NCBI RefSeq assembly: GCF_051953815.1 | Contig: NZ_JBQCIJ010000046.1 | Coordinates: 172,164 to 236,163 of the forward strand | DNA length: 64,000 nt | Reading direction: 5' to 3' | DNA from: Pseudoxanthomonas sp. | Lineage (GTDB): Bacteria; Pseudomonadota; Gammaproteobacteria; Xanthomonadales; Xanthomonadaceae | In this document: positions 63,175-64,000 of the stretch, one piece after another | Position numbering within the stretch: position 1 is the first letter of the stretch | How the letters are laid out: each line of letters starts with the position of its first letter | Program-made: the position numbers and the translations under genes | Notes under the pieces: model-generated | What the model was told of the DNA's origin: nothing | The model's database searches: none | The model's input: only the letters and a program-made list of their open reading frames with translations

Positions 63175-64000
63175 ATGGAGCATCCGAGGATCATCGCGGC
63201 CAGCGCGATCGCGTTGGCGGTGACATTGTTCGCCATCTTCTCGATGCGCCCATGGGCGCGCCGGGTGGGACTGGTGGATCGTCCCGACGACGACCGCAAG
63301 CATCACAACGGCCGCGTACCGCTGATCGGCGGCATCTGCTTCTTCATCGGGCTGCTGGTCGGACTGGCGTACCTGGGCTTCATCGATCGCTTCGTCATGA
63401 GCGTGATGATGGGCGCGGCCCTGATCGTGGCCATGGGCGTGGCGGACGACGTGGTCCATCTGACCGTGCAGTCCCGGCTGCTGATCGAGTCGGCGATCGT
63501 GGCGTTGGTGATCCTGAGCACCGGCTACTACGTCGACCACCTGGGCGGACTGCTGCCGGGTGACATCCGCCTCGGCATCTGGGGCATCCCGCTGACCATC
63601 TTCGCGGTCATCGGGTTGATCAACGCCTTCAACATGCTGGACGGCATCGACGGCCTGGCCGCCTCGGTCGCGCTGGTCTGCATCGGCACCGTGCTGATGT
63701 ACGACCGCGCCGGCTGGTCGGTGGTGGGCGTCATGCTGATGCTGCAGGTGCTGTTCGCCGCGCTGATTCCCTACATCTTCGCCAATCTCGGCTGGCCGGA
63801 CGGCCGCAAGATCTTCATGGGCGACGCCGGCAGCATGGCGATCGGTTTCCTGCTGGGCTGGAGCCTGATCTATCTGAGCCATTCGCGGGTCGGCCGGCTG
63901 GCTCCGGTGGACGTGCTGTGGTGCGTGGCGCTGCCAGTGATGGACACGCTGGCGGTGATGTATCGCCGCGTCCGCGCCGGCCGCTCGCCGTTCGGCGCGG
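63175..64000 (+). CDS. wecA: undecaprenyl-phosphate alpha-N-acetylglucosaminyl-1-phosphate transferase (WecA/MraY family), 3'-truncated by window edge
   Basis: Not in the ORF track because there is no stop in the window. MEHPRIIAASAIALAV...RRVGLVDRPDDDRKHHNGRVPLIGGI, GVADDV, NAFNMLDGIDGLA, KIFMGDAGS, PVMDTLAVMYRRVRAGRSPF. Colinear with E. coli WecA by eye. Confidence 0.85.
   Translation, partial: MEHPRIIAASAIALAVTLFAIFSMRPWARRVGLVDRPDDDRKHHNGRVPLIGGICFFIGLLVGLAYLGFIDRFVMSVMMGAALIVAMGVADDVVHLTVQSRLLIESAIVALVILSTGYYVDHLGGLLPGDIRLGIWGIPLTIFAVIGLINAFNMLDGIDGLAASVALVCIGTVLMYDRAGWSVVGVMLMLQVLFAALIPYIFANLGWPDGRKIFMGDAGSMAIGFLLGWSLIYLSHSRVGRLAPVDVLWCVALPVMDTLAVMYRRVRAGRSPFGA

Overview
High-GC (roughly 68-70% by eye) gammaproteobacterial chromosomal window. 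Gene content and REP-type repeats suggest Xanthomonadales/Lysobacteraceae, but that is inference. All calls come from reading the ORF translations and the DNA; no database search was run, so family names are by-eye recognitions and start codons are best guesses. Layout: (1) 1-4281, 5'-truncated Lhr helicase. (2) About 4.3-34.8 kb is a dense anaerobic-respiration/denitrification island. It holds a group III truncated haemoglobin, a nirK-nirV-sco-azurin operon, a divergent TonB-dependent Cu receptor plus porin, the O2-independent ubiquinone genes ubiD-ubiU-ubiV, and an ubiT-nadA-nadB operon in which UbiT carries an N-terminal AroQ chorismate-mutase-like domain. It also holds a five-gene nnrS operon, qNor, an FNR/ANR-type regulator, hemN, moeA-mobA and napEFDABC. 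Ten FNR-type boxes (TTGAT-N4-ATCAA) sit in front of nearly every transcription unit. Two paralogous small HMA-like proteins with C-terminal Cys-Gly tails lie in the island. (3) 35-40.4 kb: hybrid GAF/PAS histidine kinase, ABC1/UbiB-family kinase, GIY-YIG (T5orf172-like) protein. (4) 40.4-46.4 kb: an island of stress/desiccation-type genes (small hydrophilic proteins, UdgX-type uracil-DNA glycosylase, SDR, Cys-rich metallothionein-like protein, BON protein with a long RGG/YG low-complexity region, KGG protein). Four textbook sigma-54 (-24/-12) promoters lie here, directly next to an NtrC-family activator that is translationally coupled to a 70-aa stand-alone DHp (H-box) mini-protein. I rate this the most interesting system in the window. 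(5) 48-64 kb: orphan RES-domain toxin, MscK-like channel, otsB-otsA-GT4-amylo-1,6-glucosidase operon, MgtC, degenerate-GGDEF/EAL sensor, a structured ~170-nt leader candidate, ferritin-like protein, LMW-PTP, and 3'-truncated wecA. No rRNA, tRNA, CRISPR array, transposase or prophage genes were recognised. The many long ORFs antisense to, or out of frame with, these genes are high-GC shadow ORFs.
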